43,005 nt of DNA from Myxococcota bacterium (GCA_040260805.1 JBDQPD010000017.1:1-43005); one strand, 5' to 3'. Positions 1 through 9,938 are shown, numbered from the stretch's first letter. Made by a program: numbers and translations. Notes: a model not told the origin generated them from the letters alone.

Positions 1-3000
1 ACGGCTCAAGCGCTCAACCCTGGCGATGGCGTCCACCCGGGGGCGCAGCTTGAGGTGACCGTCAGCGGTACCGACGAGCACAGCAACCTGCGGCAACTCT
101 GGGGTCAAATCGATGGCGAGCCAGCTGCTCCTCCCGAGGATACGCAAGCCTGTCCAGGTCTTACGAACACGCGTGAAGAGACCTTCCAACTTCAAGCTCC
201 AGAAGGACCTGACGGGCAAGCGTTCGTGGTCCGAGCAGGTGGGTTCGATGATGTGGGCAGCGGTGCAGACCACAACGCTGGCTTGGCCGAGAACTTTGCG
301 CTCGAGCTCAACGACGACGTCGCGCCAGTTATCGCCCAAATCCAAGTGCTCGACGAGGCGGGAAGCCTTGCGCTGCCTGAGGTCGAAGGCTCGCTCCGCT
401 TAGGGGTCAGCGCGACCGATACGTTCGGATCCATCGCTCGTATTCAGCTGCGCATTGAGGACCAAGAGGGCGACCAAGCAGCGCAGAGTGATGTGGAGGT
501 CTTTGACCCAGTTCAGGCTGAACTGAGCAACTATGCGAGCCCGACCGTGCTCGAGCTTCCGCAACCGAACGATCGGCGTGCAACCAGCGATTGGACTGCT
601 CGAGTCACCCTTTGGGATGATGCGACACCACCGAACCCAAGCTCTGCGACGATCGGGTTCTTACCCACCGATGGTCAAGCGCCAACCCTGGCTCAAGTCA
701 GCGGCGGCGGAGCGATCAACCTGAGCAATGGCCGGCTCGCCTCAGTACAGATCAGCGGGTCTGACGCGGCACGATACGTAGCCTCGGTTGGACTCGCTGA
801 CCTCGTGGTCGGTCAAACAGAGGTCTCAACTCGACCGGTGAGCACCAATTTACCTGCCAACCGAGCCAGCGCTGAAGCGGTTGCGGTGGCGATCGCTGTT
901 CCGGTCGACGCCAAAGAGGGCACGATCTCGGCGGTCCCTCGAATCACCGATGACTCAGGCAACGTGACGACGGGCCAGCGGGTGAGTTTCAACTTGGTCG
1001 ATAACGTCCGACCCGATGTCTCTGCGGTCTTTAATCCAAACATTTTGGTACCTGGCGGCCCTGTGCGTCTCGAGGTCAGCGCGACCGACGCCAACTCAAC
1101 CGGTATCGCTCAGATTCAGGTCGCTAATGTGCAGCACATCACCTGGGCCAGCCAGAGCATCTCAAATCAAGGCAACGTTGTGTTTACGGGGACGGTCGCA
1201 GCCGACCCTGGATCGATTGGGAACGGTCTGCCTGTGCAAGCCGCTGTCACGGTCACCGATCAAGCTGCGGGCTCGAACCAGCGCGTGGTCAACGCCAACG
1301 CCACCATTCGGGACGAAGCGGGTCCTATCATCACCGTGCTTGAGGTCAGTGAGGGGACGGTCGGCGGCACCGGCACGTTGCGCATTCGGGCTCAAGATAT
1401 CGGCGGAGTCGTCGCCCAAACCAGCTACGCCACGAGCATTAATCGCTTTAACTCGAACAACCAATACCAACGGAACGAAACCGTTAACTATGGACAGGGC
1501 AACCGCTTCTCGAGCCAAGAGCAAGAGTTCTCGGTAACCATCCCCAATCAAGCGAGCGAAGGTCAGTACAGCATCGTGTTCACCGCAACCGATGGTGAGG
1601 GAAACGAGACTCAGTTCACGGCGACTGGCAATCTTCGACTCGCCGTCGTCGATCGAAATGCTCCTGATCAAGTCTCGATCAATTCGGTCCCGAGCCAACT
1701 CGACACCGGCGGCAACCGCTCGGTTCGGGTCACGGCGCGCGACGTCTCAAGCGGGATCGCAACGCTTCGCTTGGTCGCCTCTGAGCTCAACCAAACGCTG
1801 ACCCACAACTGCAATAATGATCCGGTTTGCACGCACACTTTTGCGCTGCCGGTCGCTTCTGATGCGGCGCATCAGTTGTCGGTTAACTTGGTGGCTTCAG
1901 CCATTGACGGCTCGGCTCAATCCAACACCACCACGCCGGCGGCAACGACTCGAGCAGTGCGAGACGTTGAAGCGCCTACTCAGGTCGCGATCAACAACCC
2001 TCTACCCGTTCAAATCGATACCGGCGACTCCCTGCAGCTCCAACTGCGTGGTCAAGATGTCAGCTCAGGATTGGCGACGGCTCAGATCACCGTTCCCTGC
2101 GGGAGCTCTGGTCCCCATACCTTCAATAATCAGCCGAAAAATCTGATCTCAGTTAACGAGGGCTGGACGGTTCCAAGCGGCTGCGATGCCGTCGGGGTCC
2201 AAGATGTCCAAGTGCGCATGATCGATGCTGCGGGGAACACCTCTGATCCGGCAACGCTGAGCTTAACGATCGTCGACGTGACGGCTCCTGTCGTGAGCTT
2301 TCGCTCGCCGCCAACGATCACTAATACATCAGGCGCCGCAGCGAACATCCCCGTTCGCATCACCGACGCGGGGTCGGGTGTGGCTCGAGCTACCCTGAGC
2401 GCCAGCTGCGGGACCGTCAGCGATGGCGGGAGCTTGACCATAGGCGGAGCGCCTTCTCTATCCGACCCATCGTTCACGCTTACCGACTTGCAGGATTGCC
2501 CACCGGGAGTCATCACCCTGACTCTTGGCGGCCAGGACGTCGCAGGCAACTCGGCGGCTCCAGCGCAGCACCTGATCACGCTCCGAGATAACCAGGCGCC
2601 AGCGACCTTGCTCGCCTTGTCCTCAACCACCGTCGATGTCTCCACCAGCGTGACGCTCACAGCGACCGTCACCGACGGCAGCAGCGGCTTGGCGAGCCTG
2701 TCCTTTAGCGTTCCTTGTGGAAGCGTCTCTGCACCCCATCCGGTCACCTTCGCAGGAGAAACCACCGAGCAAGTCATACAGCGCACTTGGACGGTCCCGG
2801 CAAACTGCAGAACCTTAGGAAGTCAGGACGTCAGCGTCACGGTCGCTGACCAAAGCACCTTCAGTGCTGATGGCAGCCAAACGGTTGCGGTAACGCTCCG
2901 AGATCTGACCAACCCGACCCTGATCTGGGACAACCCACCGACCGAACTCAGCCTCACCAACGGGGCGACCATGAGCGCCACCGCGACCGACGCCTCATCC

Positions 3001-5541
3001 GGTGTTGCGAGCGTGAGTTTCAGTTTAGCCGACCCGTCTCAGGGCAGCTTCTCGCCGACCAGTCGAGTCATCGGCGGCGCCCCCAACGACGCCGATGCTG
3101 CCACCGCCCTATCGGCAACCAGCTCGCTCACGCATGGCACAGAAGTCATCGCTCGCGCTCAAGCTCAAGACGTCTCAGGTAATGACTCCGCGGTCGCCTC
3201 GGCTACGCTCACCATCGTCGATGACATCGAGCCGGCGAACATCACGGCGGTACCGCAACTTGCAAGCAACCGAGTGTTAGGTCCTGGGCGCTTTGCGGTC
3301 GCAGCAGGTGAGTCCGTGATCTTTGACGTCGGCGCCAGCGATCCGAACTCAGGCATCGCAACGGTTGATTTGCGGGTGACCGCTGGGGGGAACACCACCA
3401 CCGTTGGCTCCACGGCGGGTAACGGGGTGGTCAATTTTGCGACGACGATCCAGGTCGACGTTCCCGGTGGGGCTGCTGATGGCGACGAAGTGACGGTTAG
3501 GCCGCGCGCCGACGACGTCAGCAACGCGACCTCCTTTGTTGCGGGCGCTGCCTTGGTCTTGGTCGTCGATGCTACGGCACCGACCACACCGCCTACCCTC
3601 GCCTCGCCGATCCTCGCTTCAACCTTTGGCGCACCGCAAACCTTCCGCTGTCTCAACGCAGCCAATGCAGGTCTTGCAGGGCTGCGCGGAACCGTTGATA
3701 CCGTGGCGGTGAACGTCCAAGTCACTCCGCTCCCGGCCGGGTTCTCAGCCCAAGGTGAAGAAGCGAGCGTTGCGATCGATAGCGGCGCTTGGTCCTTGAT
3801 TCCTGCAGGGTATAGTTGGGCAAACCATACCGAGTACACGGTCACGCTAAGAGCGCGCGATGCGGTCGGCAATCTGGAGGTAACGGGAGCAAGCTTTACC
3901 CTGCGCGGCGACCTCGTCGACGGAAGCTGGACCGCTAGTCCAAGCTTTGACACCAGCGTGGCCAACAAAAGCTCAGGCCGCGCTGACTACCAGCCGGTCA
4001 TGACCGGCACTCGAACAGCGACAACCGGGGGGGCGATGCTGGTCACCGGTCAGTTTGCGTGCGGTACCCTATCAAACCAAGGCGATTCGACAGCGGGCAC
4101 AGGCGCCTACACGATCACCGAACCGAATACGCTTAGCTTAGGTCAAAACAACGCCCTAAGTTGTGCTTGGTCGCTCCAAGAGAGCTTCTGCGGTCGAGTA
4201 AGGACCAGCTCGGGGACCACGAACCTAAGTAAGGTCAATGCGGCTCCACAGTTGCCGTCGAACCCTCGCGTGGCTGGCGACGACCAAGACCCGGCAACGA
4301 TTAATGAACTATGGCCCACCCTCAACGCAGCGAGCGACGACAGCTTCGATATAGACACCAATCAAATCAGCCAGAGTCGTAGCCTCGAGATCCGCGTCTA
4401 CGACAATGGAAACAGCGTCATTTGGGACAGCGGCGTGCGGTCAGCAAGCGTTGCCAGTGGAGCCGACTTTAGCGCGAATTTCCCAGCATGGCGGCCGCCG
4501 GACAACGCGATGGCATCCGGTCACGGCCGAGCGGTCCGCCGTAACAACGAAGTGTACTGGTTTGGTTTGGGGCTTTCTCCTGACGTTCACATCCTCGATC
4601 TCGACAAGAACGTGTGGACGAACACCCCCGAGCAGATGGTGGTCGGTGATGTCGCTGAAGCATGGTCAGCGAGCGACGGGGTGACCCCTCTTGCCGACGG
4701 AAGCTGGTTGCGGGTGACCGCCAACGGCGAGCACCTCTCAGGGAGCGACACAGGCGGAACGGTCACCTGGGATCATCTCGGCGATATCCCTAGTTTTCCC
4801 ACCTGTTCGGCGGTGCGGCTCACCACCCTTGGTGCGACGAGCAGCCGCGCGCTCTTGTGGTGTCAAAACGGAGCTGACCAGCTGCTCACCTACGTCGTTA
4901 ATGAGCCGCAAGGAATCGCTGTCGAATGGACCGTCGAACAGATCACGACCAACACGGTCACGACTGTGACCGCAGCCTTCCAGGTCACTCGTTTGGGGAG
5001 CACCAATGACTACCGCCTGGTGCCGGGTATCGGAGCCAACCAGCAGGTCCATGGCGCACGGTTAAACCCTGGCGGATTGGTGGAAACCTGGACGACATCG
5101 CCGACCGCTACGGGGGACAACCTGACGCTCGCCGCCGGGTGTAGCATCGCCGCTCAAAGTGACACGAGCTATCTCGTGCTGGGTGGAGGCAATGGCGCTT
5201 GGGCTGGAACTGCCGCAGCTGATCCCACGAACGACAGCCTCGCTGCTGCTGACCTGCCTGGCGGGCTCATCGTCAATGGTAGCGGTCAGCACCTTGCCAG
5301 CGGTGATGGAGCGCATGAAGCGATCGCTTTGGTTTGGCACGCAACGCATGGGCTGCGGCCGGTCGTCTGGGTCGAAGCTGACGACGCCTACCAAGAACCT
5401 CCCGATCCAGCCGAAAACGAGTCAGCGTTGGTTCATGGAGCGAGCTACTCATGGGGCTCACGACTGACCGATGAAGGCGGAGACTCTGGGAGTTTCCCAA
5501 ACAATGCTAACCGCCAAAGTTTTAGCGTCAGCATCCCCTAG
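1..5541 (+). CDS. Giant secreted/surface Ig-like repeat protein (5'-truncated by window)
   Basis: Frame 1 is open from base 1 (TAQALNPGDGVHPG...), so the start lies upstream. It has ~100-aa beta-rich repeats delimited by DxxAP / AxDxxSG / AxDxAGNxS motifs, paired Cys in several repeats, and a distinct C-terminal region. Confidence 0.85.
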   Translation, partial: TAQALNPGDGVHPGAQLEVTVSGTDEHSNLRQLWGQIDGEPAAPPEDTQACPGLTNTREETFQLQAPEGPDGQAFVVRAGGFDDVGSGADHNAGLAENFALELNDDVAPVIAQIQVLDEAGSLALPEVEGSLRLGVSATDTFGSIARIQLRIEDQEGDQAAQSDVEVFDPVQAELSNYASPTVLELPQPNDRRATSDWTARVTLWDDATPPNPSSATIGFLPTDGQAPTLAQVSGGGAINLSNGRLASVQISGSDAARYVASVGLADLVVGQTEVSTRPVSTNLPANRASAEAVAVAIAVPVDAKEGTISAVPRITDDSGNVTTGQRVSFNLVDNVRPDVSAVFNPNILVPGGPVRLEVSATDANSTGIAQIQVANVQHITWASQSISNQGNVVFTGTVAADPGSIGNGLPVQAAVTVTDQAAGSNQRVVNANATIRDEAGPIITVLEVSEGTVGGTGTLRIRAQDIGGVVAQTSYATSINRFNSNNQYQRNETVNYGQGNRFSSQEQEFSVTIPNQASEGQYSIVFTATDGEGNETQFTATGNLRLAVVDRNAPDQVSINSVPSQLDTGGNRSVRVTARDVSSGIATLRLVASELNQTLTHNCNNDPVCTHTFALPVASDAAHQLSVNLVASAIDGSAQSNTTTPAATTRAVRDVEAPTQVAINNPLPVQIDTGDSLQLQLRGQDVSSGLATAQITVPCGSSGPHTFNNQPKNLISVNEGWTVPSGCDAVGVQDVQVRMIDAAGNTSDPATLSLTIVDVTAPVVSFRSPPTITNTSGAAANIPVRITDAGSGVARATLSASCGTVSDGGSLTIGGAPSLSDPSFTLTDLQDCPPGVITLTLGGQDVAGNSAAPAQHLITLRDNQAPATLLALSSTTVDVSTSVTLTATVTDGSSGLASLSFSVPCGSVSAPHPVTFAGETTEQVIQRTWTVPANCRTLGSQDVSVTVADQSTFSADGSQTVAVTLRDLTNPTLIWDNPPTELSLTNGATMSATATDASSGVASVSFSLADPSQGSFSPTSRVIGGAPNDADAATALSATSSLTHGTEVIARAQAQDVSGNDSAVASATLTIVDDIEPANITAVPQLASNRVLGPGRFAVAAGESVIFDVGASDPNSGIATVDLRVTAGGNTTTVGSTAGNGVVNFATTIQVDVPGGAADGDEVTVRPRADDVSNATSFVAGAALVLVVDATAPTTPPTLASPILASTFGAPQTFRCLNAANAGLAGLRGTVDTVAVNVQVTPLPAGFSAQGEEASVAIDSGAWSLIPAGYSWANHTEYTVTLRARDAVGNLEVTGASFTLRGDLVDGSWTASPSFDTSVANKSSGRADYQPVMTGTRTATTGGAMLVTGQFACGTLSNQGDSTAGTGAYTITEPNTLSLGQNNALSCAWSLQESFCGRVRTSSGTTNLSKVNAAPQLPSNPRVAGDDQDPATINELWPTLNAASDDSFDIDTNQISQSRSLEIRVYDNGNSVIWDSGVRSASVASGADFSANFPAWRPPDNAMASGHGRAVRRNNEVYWFGLGLSPDVHILDLDKNVWTNTPEQMVVGDVAEAWSASDGVTPLADGSWLRVTANGEHLSGSDTGGTVTWDHLGDIPSFPTCSAVRLTTLGATSSRALLWCQNGADQLLTYVVNEPQGIAVEWTVEQITTNTVTTVTAAFQVTRLGSTNDYRLVPGIGANQQVHGARLNPGGLVETWTTSPTATGDNLTLAAGCSIAAQSDTSYLVLGGGNGAWAGTAAADPTNDSLAAADLPGGLIVNGSGQHLASGDGAHEAIALVWHATHGLRPVVWVEADDAYQEPPDPAENESALVHGASYSWGSRLTDEGGDSGSFPNNANRQSFSVSIP

Positions 5542-5549
5542 TTGCGGCA

Positions 5550-5557
5550 GCCGATAA
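5550..5557 (+). promoter_or_regulatory. Possible sigma28 (FliA/WhiG)-type -10 element GCCGATAA
   Basis: Exact GCCGATAA 22 nt upstream of the ATG at 5580; no canonical TAAA -35 at 15-nt spacing. Confidence 0.4.
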
Positions 5558-5579
5558 AGAGCTTGGAGTCGAGTCGTGT

Positions 5580-6527
5580 ATGTCTGAAATCCGTCGCCGA
5601 GACCAACAACGGGCTGATGCCAAGCGTCAGGACGCCGCGCGCCAGGACAAAGCGCGTGATACCAAGTCGCGCAATGAGACCAGGAGCGCCTTTAAGTCGG
5701 CGATGGACCGAAGCGGAAAGACTCAGCAACAGGGCGAAAACCAGCGCACAGCTCAGCGCCAACAAGATCCTAAGACCCAAACCAAGCAGTCCCCAAAACA
5801 GCTCGCTCAACAGCCCAAGAAAGAGGCTAAAAAAGGCGACGCTCGCGCCGTCCTAAACGCCGCTCGGCACCAAGCGGGTGCCCAGCAAAAATCCACCCTG
5901 GGACAGCAGCGCGCTGCCGCTCACCGGGCGGCGGGTCAGACCGGCAAAGAACGAGCCGGCGAGGCTCAGGTCTCTCAGGGCGAGCTCGAGGGGCGCGCAA
6001 CGCAAAGCCAAGAGCGACAACGAGCAGGCTCGGAGACCGCTCGACAGGTCAACCAACGCGGCGCCCAGCAAAGCCAAGGCACCGAGACGACTCAGCGACA
6101 AGAGCGTGGTCGTGAAACCCAAGACGATCGGCAAACCCAGCTACGCGGCGCACGGGCTCAGCGCGCGGTCGCAGGCGCGACGACGGCGGCGATCGATGGC
6201 GTCGGCGCAGCGAGCGCACGAACAGAAGGCAAACCCGGTGCAGCCGGCGGGCCAAAGATTCCCCAGGCCTTGCTTGAAGCGCTTGCTCGCAAAGTTTTTG
6301 TGGGGATCGATAAGCACGGTGATGCTCGCTTTGAGATCGAACTCGGCGGCAACCTGCTCGCCGGATTGAGGCTTCAAATTCAGGCAAAGGACGGCAAGGT
6401 CCGCATTGCGATCAGCGGCGACAACAAAGAGGGCAGCCGCATGCTCGCTGCTCACCACACGGAGCTCGCGGCGGTGTTTCGCCACAAAGGACTCGACCTC
6501 GATGAGCTCAAAGTTGAGGACGGTTAA
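5580..6527 (+). CDS. FliK/SctP-like length-control (ruler) protein
   Basis: Low-complexity Q/R/A-rich N-terminus and a compact C-terminal alpha/beta domain (ARFEIELGGNLLAGLRLQIQAKDGKVRIAI...LAAVFRHKGLDLDELKV) like the FliK_C/T3S4 domain; sits directly before sctQ. Confidence 0.7.
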   Translation: MSEIRRRDQQRADAKRQDAARQDKARDTKSRNETRSAFKSAMDRSGKTQQQGENQRTAQRQQDPKTQTKQSPKQLAQQPKKEAKKGDARAVLNAARHQAGAQQKSTLGQQRAAAHRAAGQTGKERAGEAQVSQGELEGRATQSQERQRAGSETARQVNQRGAQQSQGTETTQRQERGRETQDDRQTQLRGARAQRAVAGATTAAIDGVGAASARTEGKPGAAGGPKIPQALLEALARKVFVGIDKHGDARFEIELGGNLLAGLRLQIQAKDGKVRIAISGDNKEGSRMLAAHHTELAAVFRHKGLDLDELKVEDG

Positions 6528-6626
6528 CCGCGATTGATCGCCCACCCCCTTTACGGCCTGGGCTGACCCCACTAGCTTGCGCCGGTGCCTTGCGCGTTGC
6601 GCCTGCGCACGGGAGGGCAATCGCCC

Positions 6627-7748
6627 ATGGAACAGGGCTTTGACTGGGACGGACTTACCGCCCTGACAAGCGATCAGGTCGAGTTGACAAGCACGCTGCG
6701 TCAACGCCTGCCCGGTCTGCTTACTGAGAACCAAGCGCTACTGCCTAAACCGCCCGGCTGCTCGGACCTGCCGGCGGTGGTCGGCATTACCGGTGACTGG
6801 ACGCTGCCCGAAGCTCAATGCGTTGGCTTTCGCTGGCGTGGAGATGGCCTGGATCTGTCCGTTCGCGTGGCGGGGCCTGTTGCGCTCGCAGCGGTCGATG
6901 AGATCCTGGGCGCAGCGCAGGATCAGGCGCGCCCAGCACGCTCACTGACGGCTGTGGAGCTTGGAATCTTTGAGTATCTCGTCTTGGACTGGATGACGAA
7001 GCTTCGCGAAGCCGTATCGGTTCTACCGATTCCCGTATTGACGCAACTCTCGAGCCCCCCGGAAGACAGCGGTGGCGAAGGCCCTGTGGTGACCTTAGCG
7101 GGTCGCGGCGAGATGGTTGCAGGACAGATTCAAGTTCGCTTTCATCAATGCCCAGAAGCTCAGCCCACCAGCCGCAAGGTGTCTAAGAGAAGCCCTCTTT
7201 ATGCGCTCCCCTTTGACCTGACCTTACGCGCCGGGATCGCATCGCTCACCGAGGAAGAGTTGCTCAGTATTGAGCCTGGTGATGTGGTGATTTTGGAAGA
7301 GGCTGAGCTGCAGGTGGCAGATGACGGATCGCTGACTGGACGCTGCGCACTGGCAGCGCCTGGCGCGGCGCGTCGAGCCGATTGTGAACTAACAACGGAT
7401 GGTGCCTTTCGCATTGTCGAACTCGATCTAATGGAGGCCGTGATGAGCGAGCCAGTGAACAGTCCTGAACCCGAAGCGGCTGACGCAGAGGGTGACGCCG
7501 TCGAGAAGACGACGGATCTATCCCAAGTGTTAGCAGAAGACGTCGAGTTAACCCTCGCTGCCGAGCTTGGTCGTCTTCGACTCAGCCTAGCGCACGCCTC
7601 GTCCTACGATGTCGGTTCGGTGCTGCGCCTGGGTAAGCCGGTCGGCGCTGAGGTCGACCTGACCTTAGCCGGTCGACTCGTCGGGCGTGGCGAGCTGCTG
7701 AATATCGATGGCGAACTCGGGGTGAGAGTGAGTCAGTGGTCGGTTTAA
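6627..7748 (+). CDS. sctQ: Type III secretion C-ring protein SctQ (FliM/FliN family)
   Basis: Two SpoA domains (LSIEPGDVVIL; LAAELGRLRLSL...VGRGELLNIDGELGVRV). ATG 6627 is preceded by GGAGGG. Confidence 0.85.
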   Translation: MEQGFDWDGLTALTSDQVELTSTLRQRLPGLLTENQALLPKPPGCSDLPAVVGITGDWTLPEAQCVGFRWRGDGLDLSVRVAGPVALAAVDEILGAAQDQARPARSLTAVELGIFEYLVLDWMTKLREAVSVLPIPVLTQLSSPPEDSGGEGPVVTLAGRGEMVAGQIQVRFHQCPEAQPTSRKVSKRSPLYALPFDLTLRAGIASLTEEELLSIEPGDVVILEEAELQVADDGSLTGRCALAAPGAARRADCELTTDGAFRIVELDLMEAVMSEPVNSPEPEAADAEGDAVEKTTDLSQVLAEDVELTLAAELGRLRLSLAHASSYDVGSVLRLGKPVGAEVDLTLAGRLVGRGELLNIDGELGVRVSQWSV

Positions 7749-8080
7749 TCGCTGCGACCAACCCCATCCCACCACCTGAGGTGCCGCTGACGACCGGAAC
7801 CTCCTTTGGCTGGATGCTCATTTGGATGATGCTGGTCCTGATCTTAGTGGTGGGCGGCATGCTCTTGCTCACCCATTTCCTGAAACGCTTCCCCGGATTA
7901 ACCCATCGACGCGGCGAGCATATGGAGCTTGAAGAGAGCCTATCGCTGACGCCAAAAGCGGCGGTCCATATTATCAATGTAGAGGGCGAGCGACGCCTGG
8001 TCGGCACCAACGACGGCGCCATCACGCATCTAGCCCATCTGCACCCAGCTCATCGCGCAAAGGAGCCTGAAGGCGAATGA
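7736..8080 (+). CDS. FliO-like membrane protein
   Basis: One TM helix followed by MELEESLSLTPKAAVHIINVEGERRLVG, typical of FliO; located between sctQ and sctR. Start uncertain. Confidence 0.7.
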   Translation: MVGLIAATNPIPPPEVPLTTGTSFGWMLIWMMLVLILVVGGMLLLTHFLKRFPGLTHRRGEHMELEESLSLTPKAAVHIINVEGERRLVGTNDGAITHLAHLHPAHRAKEPEGE

Positions 8081-8835
8081 GGTTTTTGGTCTTCGGTGCG
8101 CTGATGACTCCACCCGTCGTCATCGCTCAAAATCTCAACGTTGCCGAGTTGATGGGCAACGACAGCATCGCCAACCGTCCGCTCATCTTAATGACCGCGC
8201 TGGCGGGTTTGGCGCTGGTTCCCTTCGTCTTGATGATGGTGACCAGCTTCGTCAAAATGGCGGTCGTGTTGTCGATCGCTCGACAAGCGATCGGCACCCA
8301 ACAGATCCCACCAAATACCGTGATCACAGGCTTAGCTATTATCCTGACGGTGTACACGATGAGTCCGGTGATGGAGCGCATGTACGTTGACGCTCAAGCG
8401 GTCGCGCAAAAGGCTGCGGGCGAAAATCTGCTCCAGGGGAAAAACTTTGGCGTCCTAAAAGAAGCGATGATGGTCGGCGCTGAGCCCATGCGACAGTTCC
8501 TCAAGCGCCACGCCAGCGTGAAAGATCGAAAGATGTTCTTCACCCTCGCCAAGCGCATGCGCCCAAAGGGTCAGCGCAGCGGCATCGGTGCAGATGATTA
8601 CATGGTGCTGATTCCAGCCTTTGTCGTCAGCGAGCTGACCGAAGCCTTTCAAATTGGCTTCATCATCTTCTTACCCTTCTTAGTCATCGATATGGTGGTG
8701 AGTAATATCTTGATGGCCTTGGGCATGCAGATGCTCTCACCCACGACGATCTCCCTACCCTTTAAGCTTTTGCTCTTCGTCCTCGTCGATGGATGGCATT
8801 TGCTCACGCAGGGCTTGGTCTTGGGGTACACATAG
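8077..8835 (+). CDS. sctR: Type III export apparatus subunit SctR/FliP
   Basis: MVTSFVK..VVLS..RQAIGTQQIPPN, LIPAFVVSELTEAFQIGF, PFKLLLFVLVDGW motifs. Confidence 0.95.
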   Translation: MRFLVFGALMTPPVVIAQNLNVAELMGNDSIANRPLILMTALAGLALVPFVLMMVTSFVKMAVVLSIARQAIGTQQIPPNTVITGLAIILTVYTMSPVMERMYVDAQAVAQKAAGENLLQGKNFGVLKEAMMVGAEPMRQFLKRHASVKDRKMFFTLAKRMRPKGQRSGIGADDYMVLIPAFVVSELTEAFQIGFIIFLPFLVIDMVVSNILMALGMQMLSPTTISLPFKLLLFVLVDGWHLLTQGLVLGYT

Positions 8836-9114
8836 ATGTTTGGCCAAATTGAACAATTTGTCCTGCAGGTGACCAACGAGGCGCTGATGTTGGTGATGCT
8901 GGCGTCGGCTCCAACCGTCATCGGGAGCCTCGTCGTCGGTCTAGCCGTCGCTTTGTTTTCCGCCACGACACAAATTCAAGAAGCGACCTTAAGCTTCGTG
9001 CCTAAAGTGATCGCAGTGTTCTTGCTGCTGGCGGTGACCGGAGCCTGGGTCGGCGGATTCTTACTTCAGTTCGCTCACCTTTGCTTTACCGGCTTTGTTC
9101 CACTGCTTCGATGA
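8836..9114 (+). CDS. sctS: Type III export apparatus subunit SctS/FliQ
   Basis: VGLAVALFSATTQIQEATLSFVPK motif; 92 aa. Confidence 0.95.
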   Translation: MFGQIEQFVLQVTNEALMLVMLASAPTVIGSLVVGLAVALFSATTQIQEATLSFVPKVIAVFLLLAVTGAWVGGFLLQFAHLCFTGFVPLLR

Positions 9115-9938
9115 GTGACGTAGGCTGGGTCCTCGATAAGCTGCTGCTGAGCAAGCAAAGCACCCAGCAGATGGTCCTCTTTGCGCTGATTCTGGGCCGC
9201 CTCTTGCCGGTGGTCGTGATGGTGCCATTCCTGGGGGGTAAGAACGCCCCAGAACCTGTAAAGATGGGTTTGGCGGTGCTCCTGACCTTGCTCGCTTTTC
9301 CGATCGTCGCAGCCACCAACACCGTCGCTCCACCGACCACACCCATCGCCTTCTTGGTGCTCATGCTCAAAGAAGTCTTCATCGGCTTTTGTATTGGCTT
9401 TGTCCTAATGGAGCTCTTCTTAATCGCCGATATGCTCGGCCGTCTGGTCGATTTACTGCGCGGCACAAACATGGCCACGGCGCTGGTGCCCGAACTCAAA
9501 GAACGCAGCTCCGTTTTTGGTAACCTGAGTTTTCAACTTTTTCTCGTGATCTTCCTGAGCATCGGCGGGCACCGCTTCTTTCTCGGAGCTTTGTTCACCA
9601 GTTTTGTCGGTTTACCGGTGACCGAAATGCCTCAGTTTCAAGCGGCCGGGATCGGTGCATTTGCCGAATTAATTATGCTCAGCGCGGCGCGCATCTTGAT
9701 GGTGGCGGTGGCGCTCGCCATGCCCATCCTAGTCGCTGTGTTTTTGACCGATTTGACCTTTGGTCTGCTCAATCGAACAGCACCTCAGATTCAAGCCTAT
9801 TTCTTGAGTTTGCCGGCAAAAGCGATCGCCGGCGTTTGGCTCTTTGCGTTGGGGTTAGCGACCACAGTCCAGGTCCTAGCCGCTGAAGGTGTCGTGTTTT
9901 TACAGCGCCTTGAGGAGCTGCTTCGCTTGATGCGCTAG
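9111..9938 (+). CDS. sctT: Type III export apparatus subunit SctT/FliR
   Basis: Multi-TM; KEVFIGF, GGH..F, GLLNRTAPQIQAYFLSLPAK motifs. ATG 9111 overlaps the sctS stop (ATGA). Confidence 0.92.
   Translation: MSDVGWVLDKLLLSKQSTQQMVLFALILGRLLPVVVMVPFLGGKNAPEPVKMGLAVLLTLLAFPIVAATNTVAPPTTPIAFLVLMLKEVFIGFCIGFVLMELFLIADMLGRLVDLLRGTNMATALVPELKERSSVFGNLSFQLFLVIFLSIGGHRFFLGALFTSFVGLPVTEMPQFQAAGIGAFAELIMLSAARILMVAVALAMPILVAVFLTDLTFGLLNRTAPQIQAYFLSLPAKAIAGVWLFALGLATTVQVLAAEGVVFLQRLEELLRLMR

Noticed and set aside
1162..3968. Several long antisense ORFs within the giant gene
   Set aside because: Mirror-frame artefacts of biased codon usage.
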